DNA of 64,000 bases from Hypanus sabinus (Eukaryota): contig NC_082711.1 in NCBI RefSeq assembly GCF_030144855.1, positions 160,766,001 to 160,830,000 of the forward strand, in the 5' to 3' direction. How positions within the stretch are numbered: position 1 is the first letter of the stretch; every line of letters begins with the position of its first letter. Shown one piece after another: positions 1 to 13,415 of the stretch. Made by a program: the position numbers and the translations under genes. A model generated the notes under the pieces. That model had not been told where the DNA came from. It did not search any database and saw nothing but the letters and a program-made list of their open reading frames with translations.

Positions 1-84
1 TAAAAACCATACTCTAAACATTAAAAGATGAAATTTGTTTTCCCCTTATCCTTTCTTTCATGCAATCCTACATCACTCATTCAA

Positions 85-772
85 ATGAATGTGCTTGTGG
101 GAGATTGGCACAGCGAGGGCCGAACTGTCCCAGGCCATCAGAGAGGCAAAGTGTGCACACACCCAGCGAATCCACAACCACTTTCAGTACAGTGGCGACA
201 CACGGCACATGTGGAAGGGCATTCCGGACATCACCAACTACAGGACAACATCACCTGACTGTGCAGGTGATGCCTCTCCTCCAGATGTGCTGAACAACTT
301 CTACGCCCATTTTGAGGTGGAAAATGATGTGGTGGTGAGGAAGTCCACCCCTCCTCCAAATGACCAGGTGCTGTGTCTCACCGTGGCCGATATGAGAAGA
401 ACCGTGTGCAGGGTCAACCTACGGAAGGCGGCTGGAACAGACAACATCCCTGGTAGAGTGCTCAGAGGATGTGCAGACCAGCTAGCAGATGTTCTCACTG
501 ACATTTTCAACATCTCCCTGAGCAGCGCCATCATTCCAACGTGCTTCAAGGCCGCCACCATCGTCTTCATGCTGAATAAATCTTCAGTGTCCTGCCTCAA
601 CGACTACCGTCCCATTGCACTCACATCCATCACCTTGAAGTGTTTCAAGAGGCTCGTTCTGAGGCACATCAAGACCCTGCTGCCCCCCTCACTGGACTCC
701 CTGCAGTTCATGTACCATCCCAACCGTTCAACAGACGACACCATTGCCATCACCCTCCACCTGGCCCTAACC
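85..772 (+). mobile_element. Rex1/Babar-like LINE, RT region, 5' segment (interrupted by hAT insertion)
   Basis: ORF 89..910 has non-LTR RT motifs: [45 protein letters not shown]. The frame reads LHLALT up to the insertion. Confidence 0.9.
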
Positions 773-1820
773 CAGGGGTGGGCAAACTTTTTGACTTGTG
801 GGCCGCAAAGGGTTCTAAAATTTGACAGGGGGGCCGGACCAGGAGCAGATGGATGGAGTGTTTTGGTAATACACCTCATAAGAGAAAATAAAATATCATG
901 GGATATGTAGAAAACATGTGCTTGAATTTCAATTGAAAATGAACAAATGCATTACAACAAAATATCTGTCTTTGAAGTCCCATGGTATTTAGCTATTTAT
1001 TGAAATGACTTTTAAAACACTGAAAATTAAATGAATAAAATACAGCTTTTTTAATAGTAACAGTTATTATTTTAAAGCACTGAAAATTCTGTTATCCTTC
1101 AAGATATTATCATCATCACTCTCCTCCTGACTGTCTTTATTTCAAAAACGGTAGGAGATGCAGGTCTACTTGTCCTGTTCCTTCTTATTCAATTGTCCCC
1201 TGTGCCAAAACTCAACAACGACCAGCACAAGGACAGAACAGTGACAGCGCGCCAGTATGCAGAGCGCGTTATTTGATCTGGAGCGCATTTTTTATTTTGA
1301 GAACGTACGTCCACCTGCGCACTACTCATGTCCATCACTTAACAGAAATAACATGTAACATGTAAGGCTTATTGAAAGAAATATTTTCAAATGCATTTTT
1401 TACATAACACAACGAAGAAACTTATTTTTAATTTCAGTGGGAATTGTTGTTGGTCTCCCTTTTTAGCCAGCGCATCAAAGTCTGGATTTAGTTTTGTTGT
1501 GGCGATTCTCAGGATGGATCTGAGGTGTTGGTCAGTTAACTTGGATCTGTGGCTGGCTTTGTTGATGTTCATGACGCTGAACGCCTGTTCACACAAATAG
1601 GTCGAGCCGAACAAAGAGTAAAGCGCAAATGTGGAGTGATACGCTGCACCTCAACAAAGGTCAATGTATATACAGTGCGTCATCTATTGGGAAAACGCCA
1701 GAATTGCGGGGAAAAAACGTTAACAAGGTTTATTAATATAATTTCATCAAGTTCTGCGGGCTGGATTAAAAAGCATAACGGGCTGCATATGGCCCGCAGG
1801 CCGTAGTTTGCCCATGCCTG
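773..1820 (-). mobile_element. Non-autonomous hAT DNA transposon (Charlie/SPIN-like), 1048 bp
   Basis: 16-bp TIRs caggggtgggcaaact / agtttgcccatgcctg (2 mismatches). 8-bp TSD ccctaacc (765-772) / ccccaacc (1821-1828). Internal transposase remnant. Confidence 0.93.
1387..1614 (-). pseudogene. hAT transposase C-terminal dimerization-domain remnant
   Basis: FGSTYLCEQAFSVMNINK..RSKLTDQHL..ILRIATT matches the hAT C-terminal motif of Charlie/SPIN/GTF2IRD2-type transposases. Confidence 0.85.
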
Positions 1821-1828
1821 CCCCAACC

Positions 1829-3037
1829 CATCTGGACAAAAGAGATACGTACTTTCGAATACTGTTCATAGACTTCAGTTCAGCATTCAACATAATCATT
1901 CCACAGAAACTGAGTGAAAAGCTGAGCCTACTGGGCATGAACACCTCCCTCTGCAACTGGATCCTAGACTTCCTGACTGGGAGTCCTCAATCCGTTCGGG
2001 TTGGGAGCAGCATCTCCAAAACCATCACACTGAGCATGGGGCCCCCCAGGGCTGTTCGCTCTGCTGACCTATGACTGTGCTGCAACACACAGCTTGAACC
2101 ATATCATCAAGTTCGCCCACGACACGTCCAAGGTGGGTCTCATCAGCAAGAACGACGAGTCAGCATACAAAGGGGAGGTGCAGTGGCTAACGGACTGGCG
2201 CAGAGCCAACAACCTGTCTCTGAATGTGAACAAAACAAAAGAGATGGTTGTTCACTTCAGGAGGGCACGGAGCAACCACTCCCCGCTGAACATCGACAGC
2301 TCCTTGGTAGAGATCATTAAGAGCACCAAATTCTTGGTGTTCAAGGCGGAGGATCTCACCTGGCTCCTCTACACCAGCTCCATAGCAAAAAAAGTCCAGC
2401 AGCGTCTCTACTTTCTGTGAAGACTGAGGAAAGTCCATCTCCCACCCCCCATCCTCATCACATTCTGCAGGGGCTATATAGAGAGCATCCAGAGCAGCTG
2501 CATCACTGCCAGGTTCAGAAATTGCACCATCTCGGATCTCAAGACCCTGCAGCAGGGTCAGCTGAGAAGATCATCGGGGTCTCTCTTCCTGCCATTACAG
2601 ACATTTACACCACATGCTGCATCCGCAAAGCAAACAGCATTATGAAGGACCCCACACACCCTTTGTACAAACTCTTCTCCCTCCTGCCATCCAGGAAAAG
2701 GCATTTGGGCTCTCACGACCAGACTATGTAAAAGTTTCTTCCCCCAAGCTATCAGACTCAATACCCAGAGACTGGACTGACACCAACTTACTGCCCTCTA
2801 CTGTGCCTATTGTCTTGTTTATTATTTATTGTAATGACTGCACTGTTTTGTGCACTTTATGCAGTCTTGGGTAGGTCTGTAGCCTGGTGTAGTTTTCTTT
2901 TTGTGTTGTTTTAACATAGTTCACTGTAGTTTTTGTATTGTTTCATGCAGCACCATGGTCCTGAAAAACATTGCCTCATTTTTACTGTGTACTGTACCAG
3001 CATTTATGGTCAAAATGACAATAAAAAGTGACTTGAG
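1829..3037 (+). mobile_element. Rex1/Babar-like LINE, RT and 3' end (continuation)
   Basis: The RT frame resumes with [23 protein letters not shown], then IIKFAHDT (FADD-like), LSLNVNKTKEM, QQRLYFL and DPTHP. Tail aataaaaagtgacttga. Confidence 0.9.
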
Positions 3038-3399
3038 ATTCTGGGAGGAGATCAGCATAAATGCACAAGACCGCAGCAAGTCCTTGCTCCACCATGCAAA
3101 GTACAAGAGCTGGAAGTTGCCAGCAAAACACAGACAATACATTTGAAATTGTGGACATATTGTCTTTAATACCTCTTGCACCATGACAGGGCAGGACCCT
3201 TGCATAGCTTTTCTCCCCCAGGATCTGGGCATTGCTGGCATTCATTACTCACTCACAGTTGCTTTTGAATGGAGTGGCTTGCTAGACCATTTCAGGGACC
3301 AAATGGGTCAACCACATTGGTGAACATGGGAACACATGAAGGTCAGACCTTGACGTTACTGAGTGGGCCATAACACAGCACTTAGAGAAGAATGGGACT

Positions 3400-3990
3400 G
3401 GGCAGAATCTTCACAAGTTTATGAAGGTGAAGTAGTATTTGACAAATGTATTAGCATTTTTTCAAGGTATTACTTACAGAACAGATAAGGATGAATCAGT
3501 TGACATATTTGAACTTTAACACAGCCTTTGTTAAAGTGCCACACAGGATATTATTGAACAAAATATAAGCACATGATTGTTGGGGTAATACACCTGAGTG
3601 GATTTTTTTTTAAATGAACTGAAAGCAACCTTCAGAGTCAAAATAAACTGCTTATTGTCAGGTTGAGAGACTGTCTACAGGGATGAATGACAGGGCCCCA
3701 ACTATTTACAACATGTCAATAATTTGCAAGAGGGGATCAAGTTTAGCATCTCCAAGTTTGGTGATGTTACAAAACTAGATTGTAGTGCAGGCCTCAAGGG
3801 AAATTCGGAAAGGCGGCTTCATGGGACGTCAATGAATGAACAACGATGATGCAGATGAAAAGGCAGGTCATATACTTTAATTGAATAAAACAGAAAAAAA
3901 AATATTTTTTTTGCTCAGATCATGAAGGATTGAAATGTATTGGCATCTAGAGGGAGCTGGACACAAATAGTTGATTTGCAGGTGCAGCAC
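3400..3990 (+). mobile_element. Highly decayed CR1-type LINE RT fragment
   Basis: Degenerate DK..VD....F..AF.KVPH.R segment (3483-3548) and an SKFGDVTKL segment near 3750. Confidence 0.6.
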
Positions 3991-4388
3991 ATGTTTGGGA
4001 AGACAAGGGGAAAAGGTATATAATTCTTCAGGGAAACAGAGCTGATGTTTCTTCACAGAAAACACTTCATATACAATGAACAGCTGTCAGTAGATTTTCA
4101 GAAATTAAGAGAATCAATAGTAAGGAACACAGTTTTATTTCCGTGAATCACATGAGTGTTTTTTTTAAAATGACAATCTATGGCTTTGTTGTCAATATTC
4201 CCAAAAGCTATTTTACTTGTTTAAAGTTCCAGATTCGTAGCTCATTTTAAAAGACTACACTTTCTATAGTGGGATTTGAACTCTGGATGGTTTATGTAGG
4301 CCACTAGCTAACTAAATAGGTTATGTGTCAACTCCACCATCATTGTATCAAATTCACTAATTAGCGATTGACAAGTATAAAATGGGTG

Positions 4389-4430
4389 AAACCTGATAAG
4401 TGACCCTTTAAACCTGATAAGTGATCCTCT
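4389..4430. repeat. 21-bp tandem duplication
   Basis: aaacctgataagtgacccttt followed by aaacctgataagtgatcctct. Confidence 0.85.
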
Positions 4431-5969
4431 TTTGATCAAAGTTAGCCTGGGGCAAAATGAGTGAAAAGGAAATCTGACATTACCCACCAGATGATCAAGT
4501 TGTATAGTTCCACTCCTTATCTGTAATACAGTGCCTGGTAGAAAGGCTAGGCTTATTTTGTTTATCAACATTTTAAATTAAAATTTGAAAGTACCCATAT
4601 TGACTTGTATGACCTCCAAAATAAAAGAAACAGACAATTATTGTTTTATTAGGAAAAATTAAACCAAGACTACAGTTATTTAGCTATTGTATCTGACATG
4701 AACTTAATGCCAAGGATACCTTCTAAATGATAACTGATCATGGACTAATCACTGATGATTATATTTTTTCATTTTTAATAAAAAATGTTGCAAATGATAG
4801 AAGCTAAAAATTTTCAACATTTTTTTCTGCTACTATGATCACAGCTGACATTATTAGGGAAAATCTCACACTATTTCAGAATGTGACAATGCAATCTAAA
4901 ATTTTAATTAGCAATGCACAAATCCACTCCAAAAATACCCAGCATAATGAAGATTACAATGATAACAAATGTTTGCCAGGAAGATTAAATTACTGCTTAC
5001 AAAAGAGGCTTAAAACTCATAATTGGAAAACTCAAAGATGCCTAAGTTACCAAACTGATGCATCACTGTGAACCAGAAGGAGTCATTATTAAGATTCAGT
5101 TTACTGTGTGCCACAAAGGCCTATACACTATGCAACTAATTTAATACAATTGACTCGGAGATGCATCACAGAAGCATGACATGTCAGAGAAACTGACATT
5201 ATTTTGTTTGCATCCTTCTTAAAAAATTTAATGTATTCTCCTGAACTTCGAATATAATGATTTGAACTAAATTTCTAAAAGCTGCAAGAAGACATTTGGC
5301 TCTAAAAGCACTCAATTATGTTAAATCAACAGCCTAGTAATTACTGAGTTGGAATTATAGGCATCTGTCCTGTGTTTAAACAGCAAATTACACAATTAGT
5401 TTCTTACACTTTCTTTGACCAACTAAGATGACTTTAACTTTGGTGTACCAAAATAAAAATCATTAGTTAGGTACATAGGATGAATAATCTACCTTGAATA
5501 GACAGTAACCCATACACATGCACACACCACGACACAGATTATTCAAGTCATTACCTAAACCATTTGTGAACCACAAATGAAGAGAACTTACTGCACCAGT
5601 TTTAGATGAACTACCTTCTAGATAAAATGTGGCATTACAAATGAAAAGGATAGGCATGGACTGTGCTGGTGCTTACGATGCTTAATCGTAATGGATTTGC
5701 TATTTTTCTCTTTAATCTAGGATGTTGCTACTTACCTGGATGGTGTTTTAGTTGGAAAATTAGAAGCCTAAGGCAGCAAAATACAGCCTTTTGATTAAAC
5801 ACTGATTATCCTTTTAGGGGAAAAATAGAATAATAATCATTTACTAAACCATAGCGAGTAAATTTAACAAGATAATTTTATGCTTTGCAGATAAAGTATA
5901 AATTATGTGACTAAAATAAATATAATACACTGTTAAATATTTTGCCGGGAAAGAATTCTAATAAGATTT

Positions 5970-6205
5970 TGAGCTTGTTTGTGGCTGTGAGGAGGTGAGT
6001 GGGAAAGGGCCTCGCTTTGTTGTCGTCAGCTTGCTTTGCTGTTGTAGCTAGATCTACTGAGCACTGTGGGCATGCTGTGTTGGTGTTGGAATGTGTGGCA
6101 ACATGCGTGGCCAGCCCCTAGCACATCCTTTGGTGTGTTGGTTGTTAACACACATGACACACCACACTCTATGTTTCAATGTAAACATGAAATAAACTTG
6201 AAAAT
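5970..6205 (+). mobile_element. Retroposon 3' fragment (same family as 56054-56560, tail shared with V-SINE at 41085)
   Basis: catgctgtgttggtgttggaatgtgtggcaac...tatgtttcaatgtaaacatgaaataaa recurs reverse-complemented at 56060-56215. Confidence 0.7.
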
Positions 6206-6451
6206 TAATCTTCTGTCTCTTCACGTTCTTCCATTCACAAATTCCCCACGGGTTATTAGTCTAATCCCCTTATGCAAAGTTGTAGTTGCCAGGTTTGTCA
6301 TCTTGTCTCTAACTGGCCTCCTATATTGCTTTGGTAATCAAAGAGTAATATTACATTATGGCATTTTCATCAGTCCCTTTCCCAGCAAACCAAACGAATA
6401 TGCTCCAACTTTGCTAAGACTAGCAAAACAAAAAAAAACAGTCCTCCAGAT

Positions 6452-6532
6452 CAGGGGTTCCCAACTTGCGGTCCATGGACCACTTGGTTAATGGTCGAGG
6501 TTCCTGGCATTAATAAGAGGTTGGGAACAGCT
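6452..6532. mobile_element. ~80-bp hAT MITE, copy 1
   Basis: caggggttcccaac...gttgggaacagc TIRs. Same family as 14213 and 27760, in the opposite orientation. Confidence 0.75.
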
Positions 6533-9500
6533 AGAGAAAGTCTAACTACCAAGACACCCAACCCTTCAGGAAGAAAGCCAAACTCAATGCAACAAAAATC
6601 ACATTTCTAAACACGTGCAGCTAATTAATAATTTCTGTACTTATCTAAATACTTCGCAGCAAAGCATCTTGTGGACATTTTACATAATTACACTAATGTA
6701 CAGTAAATTTTATGTAAACAATTTATTGATAGTTTTCAGTAAATTGCTGAAATATGTATATGTGAACCTATTTTCCCTATATCCCTATCGCAAAAATAAC
6801 TTGCACTCTGATATCAAATCAACAAAGATAATTTCTTTTTAATTCATAAAATGGTAAAGGCTAGTTTTGTTTGGTCATCCCATTTATCAGATCAATTTTC
6901 AGTGAGATGGACACAATGATTGCTTGATAAAATGCCAGTTTTAATTATGCTATTCGTAACTAGAGTTAATGCATATATTTAATGTTGACCCAAACTAGAG
7001 GCTGCAGTTTTAAAATGATGTGTTCACTTTAAGAATGTTCTTAATATACAGAGACATTGAATGGCTCTGTACTTAAAATAAGCCCTTGAAGTGAATGTCC
7101 CATCTCTCTTGGAAGTGTCAGAGCAAGAAATGACATTGTTTTTATGCAGAGAAAAGGGAGGCAACACAATAACTAACCTCCAAATTCAATTTTGTGGCAT
7201 TTTCACAAGAGTGTTGCTGTCTTTGCCTGCAATTGTGCTGCTCTTGACAGTGCAAAATTAACTTGGTAGTGGAAATATGACACTGTTTGGCTTATACCAA
7301 CAAACCTTCACTCGAGCCAAATTCAGAACTAAGGGAATGCTGTGGTTTCCAAAGGAGCCAACAGCTAATTCAAAAGAAAAGATATGAGGAACTTTTCCCT
7401 CAGGAATGCCACACAATTGGATGAGTGGGAAAACTGAAAACTGATTAACATCGATAATCTTCGTAAAGCTTTGAAAGTCACATCCCTAGAAAGAGATTTC
7501 AATGAGCAAAAGCTATTAAACCAGATACTTCCTCATGATTTTCCATTATTTGAAGGTGAACAGTTTTAATGCACTTTGGAGGATAAATGAATTATAGTTC
7601 AAATATAAGGTGTACTGCCATGAATTAATGAACAAAGATAAACGTGACTTACATGGGAATTTTCAAAAAAAATGGCCGAGGTTTGAAGTGGTTTTGAACA
7701 CAAACTTGAATATAAGGACACTTTGAACATAATTTTGAATGTAAAGGCACTTTGTTCTAGCATAAAGTTTACAATAGTAAATTAGAACAGGACATTTTAA
7801 GATAAAAGAGAGATGGCATGAAGGGAAATCAAATGAAAGTACATGGACCGGAAGATATGGGGGACAATTTCAAGATATCAAACTCAGCAGAAATAGAAAA
7901 GAAATATTAGCTACACAACAAACAAAAAAAAATGAATGTGGGAGGAACATTCCTCACTCAGTTCTCAATATCTCAACCAGCGTCCCAAAATTAAATGTTT
8001 CAGCCTCTAAAGAATGTTAGCCTCTTAACCAATGCACTTTGGGGAAAGAAACAGGGTTTTGACTGAATGCATCCATTTCTAGTGCTTTCTTTAAACTCTC
8101 TCCCTCTCACATGCAAAACCAAGTACTTGGATGACAAGTTCTGGAAGGGGATCACTCTCTGAGCAAAGCAAGTGTGCAACTAATACCTGAAGATTTTATG
8201 AAAGCCTCAAACTTAACATTGGAAGATATAATTTGTAGAATTGTTCGGTAATTTTAAGAATTCCTTGTATATTAACGTTTTCAAAAAGTCTCAGTTCTTC
8301 ACATGAAAGGAACGGTTTCTTGCAGATAACAGTTGCTAACTATTTGACAATAAAAGCTCTTGGCATCTATAACAGCATTTTATAGGGTCCTTTCATACAG
8401 CTATACATTCCCATAGATTGGGTAAGCAGTAACACAATGATTTATAATAGATTCAATATAGCCTGCAACAAACACAATTCAAAGAATCAGCCAGCTTTGC
8501 TCTTTGGTAATAGGCTCCTCTAAAACATGGCTGCTGAAAATTTTGGAAATCAATATACCATGTCAAAAGAGTTATAGAAGGCTGGTAACACATTTACTAA
8601 TCAAGCCACATGATGCAGTCTACTCTTCAAGCTTTGGTATAAAAATTTACAGGAGAATGCATTTTGACAAGCAGACAATTTATTACGTTTGCTTGTCAGA
8701 CACAAATGTAAATGTGCATTCACTGGGGAGTGCTTGTACTCATGTAGCCAAAATCAATCCTGATAAATAATGATTGACAACATCTTTAATCTTGCTCACT
8801 TGCCCTCAGTGATTCATTTTTCTCCCAAGGGTAAACGAACCATTCCCTGTAGTTTCAAAGACAGTGCATTGATGTTTGTGCCACTTTGGGGCACATTAAG
8901 TGCACTAGTTCACATTTCTGCTCAGGTACTCAGATAAGTAGCCGATGAACGTAATTTAGGAAAATACTAATTAAGGTTAGCTGAATGCCATTACTGTTGG
9001 ATAAATTATGGAATAATTGCAATAAAACTCATAGGTAGAAATGGTCAGAGGTTTACTAGCCCACTGAAGCAAGCCAACTGCAAGCATTGAAAATTCGGTG
9101 CAACCCTGTAGCAATAAATTATTACTACGTTATTTCAGAGTTATTTGTTTCATAAAATGGTGATATATTACAGTATACATATTAATGGACGCACTTTGGT
9201 TCCAGTAGAACTGAATGGCTCTGCCTTGAAGACAAATTAAAAGGGGCATAACTTTAAAGTCTACTGTGGACTCACAAATAGATTTCCATACTGGAGTGCA
9301 TTATCATATACTCAGAGTAATAAGTTACTGTGATGGAGCTTCAAACAAGTAACATAATTGAGGAGATCTGGTTACATTATAAAACTAACTGCACAGGTTA
9401 GGTGATTTGTGAATGCATTTTGACATGCAAAATCTTGATATTGAGTTAGTGTCTTAACGCCATAAACGCACACACAATTAACTGCAACATTTAAAACAAA

Positions 9501-10524
9501 GAAGACTCCTGTGAACCAGAAAAGTAACGTACTACACTAATAAGTCTTTAGTCAGTTTCCAAGAGAATGGTCTCATCCCATTGTGTAGATGTTTCAGTAG
9601 AGGCAGTTGTTGCTCCTTAGTTGAGGAAGGGTCATTTAATTGACTCTAGTGCAGGAAATATTTGTGGAAGTACCATTCAAAGTTATTCTTGCAAACAGTG
9701 GACATGTTAAATCTTCCCATGAAAATCTTTGCCAGTCTACCTACTAGGGTCACTGATGCCGAACTGAAAGCATTCACTGATGCTCTCAGAAAAGGGTCAT
9801 TTACCAAAAGCGGATGAAGGTTGATTGGCAAACAACTTTGCTAAATTGAACACGAACATCTAGCTATGCACAAGGTTAACTCAAATGAGTATTCTTCAGA
9901 GAAACATGATAAGGTGTGACTCTATTGCACAACATGTTTGAAAGCATAGAAACCTTTGCAGTGAGATTCAATGGAGTCATCCTTCATATCCCTGGGGACT
10001 GACCTTTATTCTTTCCTCTTTGCAGAATGATAATGAATATCTGAGCGAAAGGAGATGGAACAGCTATTCATAATGATCTTAAGATACCGATTTCATTTCA
10101 AAGCGACATCAGCTGAAATCAACATTTTCCTGATGCTGTGTTTTTATATATGATGCACAGTGGATGCAGTGCAATAAAGAACAAAACACATCCTTTCTGA
10201 GTTTAACTGACTGGTGTGTGTATGTGCCCTGTCATTGAGGACAGCTGGAGTCTGCTGCTTCGCCAATTAGACAACAGCATGAGGAGGAAATATAATTCTA
10301 TCATATTACTCTTCAATAAAAGTTATTATACAATTAAAGCTTTGGTGCTTTAGCCTGCTATATCATATTGGCTCTTACAACGTTTTCACAAACAGTTCAA
10401 CAAAACTGTTTACCAATATCAAATATTTATGTTTAATAATACATTTTTGGTTATTGAAAGATGTATTAAACCATGAAAGCAAAGCTTGCCTGCTTGTGTA
10501 CAATATTTAAACACAGAACCCAAT

Positions 10525-11355
10525 GTCTTCAAGCACAGTCACTGACGATACTACATTGATTGGCCCAATCTCAAATAATAGCAAGGCAGCCTACAGAGAA
10601 GAAGTCATCATCCTGACACAGTGGTGTCAAGAAAGCATCCTCTCCCTCAATGTCGCAAATACAAGGGAGCTGGTTGTGGATTACAGGAGGAATGGAGATG
10701 GGCTAAACCCAATTGACATCAATGGATCTGGGGTTGAGAGGGTGAACAGTTTCCAGTTCCTCAGCATACACATCACCAAGGATCTCAGATCATACTGGCT
10801 GTGTGGTGAAAAAAGAGCAACAGAGCCTCTTACACCTCAGACAGTTGAAGTTGGTATAGGTCCCCAAATTCTAAGGACTGTCTACAGAAGTACAACTGAG
10901 AGCATCCTGACTACCTGCATCACTGCCTGGTATGGGAACTGTACTTCCCTCAATCGCAGCACTCTGCAGAGAGTGGTGTCAACAGCCCAGTGCATCTGTA
11001 GATGTGCACTTTCCACTATTCAGGACCTTTACAGAGACAAGTGTGTAAGAAGGGTCCAAAGGATCACAGGGGACCCAACTCACCCCAAATGCATACTGTT
11101 CCAGCTGCTACCATCTGGGAAACAATACCGCAGCATAAAAGCCAGGACCAGCAGGTTCCGGGACAGCTTCTTCCACCAGGCCATCAGACTGATTAATTCA
11201 CGCTGATACAATTATATTTCTTTACTATATTGACTGTTCTGTTCTACAAACCATCTATTACAAATTATGTTATATTACATACTTAGATGGAGATGTAACA
11301 CAAAGATTTTTACTCCTTGTGTATATGAACAATGTGAGTAATAAAGACAATTCAA
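10525..11355 (+). mobile_element. 5'-truncated Rex1/Babar-like LINE
   Basis: ORF 10523..11206 has TDDTTLIG, LSLNVANTRELVVDY, ESILTTCITAWYGN and FRDSFFHQAIRLIN, followed by an aataaa tail. Confidence 0.88.
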
Positions 11356-11820
11356 CTTCTTTAAAAGTTTGCATGTGAAGCATTTATTGCTTGTCCTCCT
11401 TTGACTGAGAATGTGAAGTATTAGCCAGACGGTGAAGGTAAGACGCTACATCAGTAGGAGTGTGGAAGTCCAATTTAGGTTTAAGATGGTAGCTATGTAT
11501 CCTTACCAAGTCTTTTTTTTGTCTTTGATCCACAGTGTTCTGTAATTCAACTGAGAAAGTGGAAGTTTTAAGTGGAGCAATGTCAGCTACCATCCTCAGT
11601 TCCTTCCCTACCCATTAAAAAAATAGGAAAATCACAATGTTAGAGTTCATCCATTAGTTGCAAGAAAATTGCTGGAGCAGTACCCTGGAGTGACAATAGT
11701 CAGGCAGCAAAAAACTGAGCATCCTGTTTACTGCCAGCATCAGTCGAGCTGTACCAGTTGTGTGGTGACAGTGCTCATTTAGGTGGTGCATGACAGCTAC
11801 TATTTGGAATCAGCTTCTAC

Positions 11821-12182
11821 AACAACGTCTAGTGGTGGCATCCATTAGTCTCGCAAGACCACGGACCTGTGCCTGGAATGGCTTCCAGGGCGCAGGCCTG
11901 GGCAAGGTTGTCTGGAAGAACAGCCATTCCCCATGCAGCAAGTCTCCTCGCTCCACGACACCGATGTTGTTCAAGGGAAGGGCAAGGACTGATACAGCTT
12001 GGCACCGGTGTCATCGCAGAGCGAGGTTGAAGGCAACGTCGGACTGCCTAAGGGCATCTAGCTCCAGATTTGTCCTCAGGGTTTACTCCCAAAGCCTTTC
12101 TCATGAGTGGGTATGGCCACAAGGCAGCGGAGGTTTGAAATCAGAGATTTCCCTCTCTCAGATGGACTGCCTTCCCAGGCTA
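11821..12182 (-). mobile_element. Short non-autonomous RTE-derived (bipartite) retroposon
   Basis: Minus strand starts agcctgggaaggcagtccatct...aaacctccgctgccttgtggc (RTE-type 5' UTR) and ends gagactaatggatgccaccac (RTE-type 3' end). No RT. Confidence 0.6.
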
Positions 12183-13044
12183 CCCGAAACAACATCTATA
12201 GTACCAAATAAAATATACTAACAACTAAAGCTAGTGGGGATCTTCATTTCTCCTGAGAAAAGTGCTTTTTCTTATTATCATACAGATTTACAAGTTCAGA
12301 AAGTATACAATACACTAAAAGCTTCAAAATAAATAGGGATCTTGAAACTTTAGTTATTAGGAAAGGAATGGGTATTTGCAGAGACAAGGGCTACTAATGA
12401 CAATTCTACATAGTAATTTCTGCAAAAGTCATCATTTGGGGTTTTGACCAAAGAGTTGCTGATAGTGATTTGACACTAAGAGAGAGGCAAGTCTATTCAA
12501 GCATACACAGCACATACTCAGAGATCTAGGATCACAAGCAGATTGCAGCTCTCAGAAATTACCGCTCATAGACATTTGCCTATTAATCTACATCAACAAT
12601 CTGAAGGGAAAAAATCAATCACAGAACTGAATACTATTTTGTTCCTATACAATGCCCTTGTCTCGTTTAGAACACTCCATCCAATTACAGTTATGCAGGT
12701 TATTGGTGCCACAGTACACCCAGACCCATTCCCATATCTATATTACACGTGGCCAGTCCAGCAAAATTCCTGGTTAATGACAAGCGTGTCAGTTTGCAGA
12801 GGAGAGTAGAATTTACTGATGGATGCCAGGACCAGGTGACTTTGTTCTCTAATGCTGGTGATGGTTATTGCCTGGCACTCAATTTGTGCATATGTTACTG
12901 GTCATATCTCAATACAGCAAAGCAGGGCACTTCATTATGTGAGTGTTCTAATTGAAATGGAGCACAATGTCATCATTGAACAAATCCTTCTAAACTCATG
13001 AAGAAGCTGTGATGGTTGGTACTAGAAGACCAATTTCAAATTTC

Positions 13045-13415
13045 CAGTAATGCCCCCCTTTCACCATTTCCCATCCCCTTTTCCCTCTCTCACATGATCT
13101 CCTTGCCTGCCCATCACCTCCCTCTGGTGCTCCTCCCCCCACCTTTCTTCTTTCTTCCATGGCCTTCTGGCTCATTCACATCAACTTCCTAGCTCTTTAC
13201 TTCATCCCTCCCTCTCCAAGTTTCACCTATCGCCTTGTGTTTCCCTCTCCCCTTCCGCCGCCTTTCAAATATACTCCTCAGCTTTTTCCCTCTAGTTCTG
13301 CCAAAGGGCTTTGGCCCAAAATGGCATCTGCGCTTTTTCCATAGATCTGCCTGGCCTGCCGAGTTCCTCCAGCTTTTTGCTCAGATTTCCAGCATCTGCA
13401 GATTTTCTCTTGTTG
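13045..13415 (+). mobile_element. Penelope-like element terminal repeat with decayed hammerhead motif
   Basis: C/T-rich tract, then ctgccaaagggctttggcccaaaatggc, then the family arm ctgcctggcctgccgagttcctccagc. Paralog at 36285-36655. Confidence 0.65.

Noticed and set aside
7438-7569. Protein-like open stretch KLINIDNLRKALKV...
   Set aside because: About 43 codons, bounded by stops, with no ATG or splice signals.
11507-11552. Candidate minus-strand exon (donor TTG|GTAAGG)
   Set aside because: The peptide is unrecognisable in either acceptor choice, and there is no supporting evidence.
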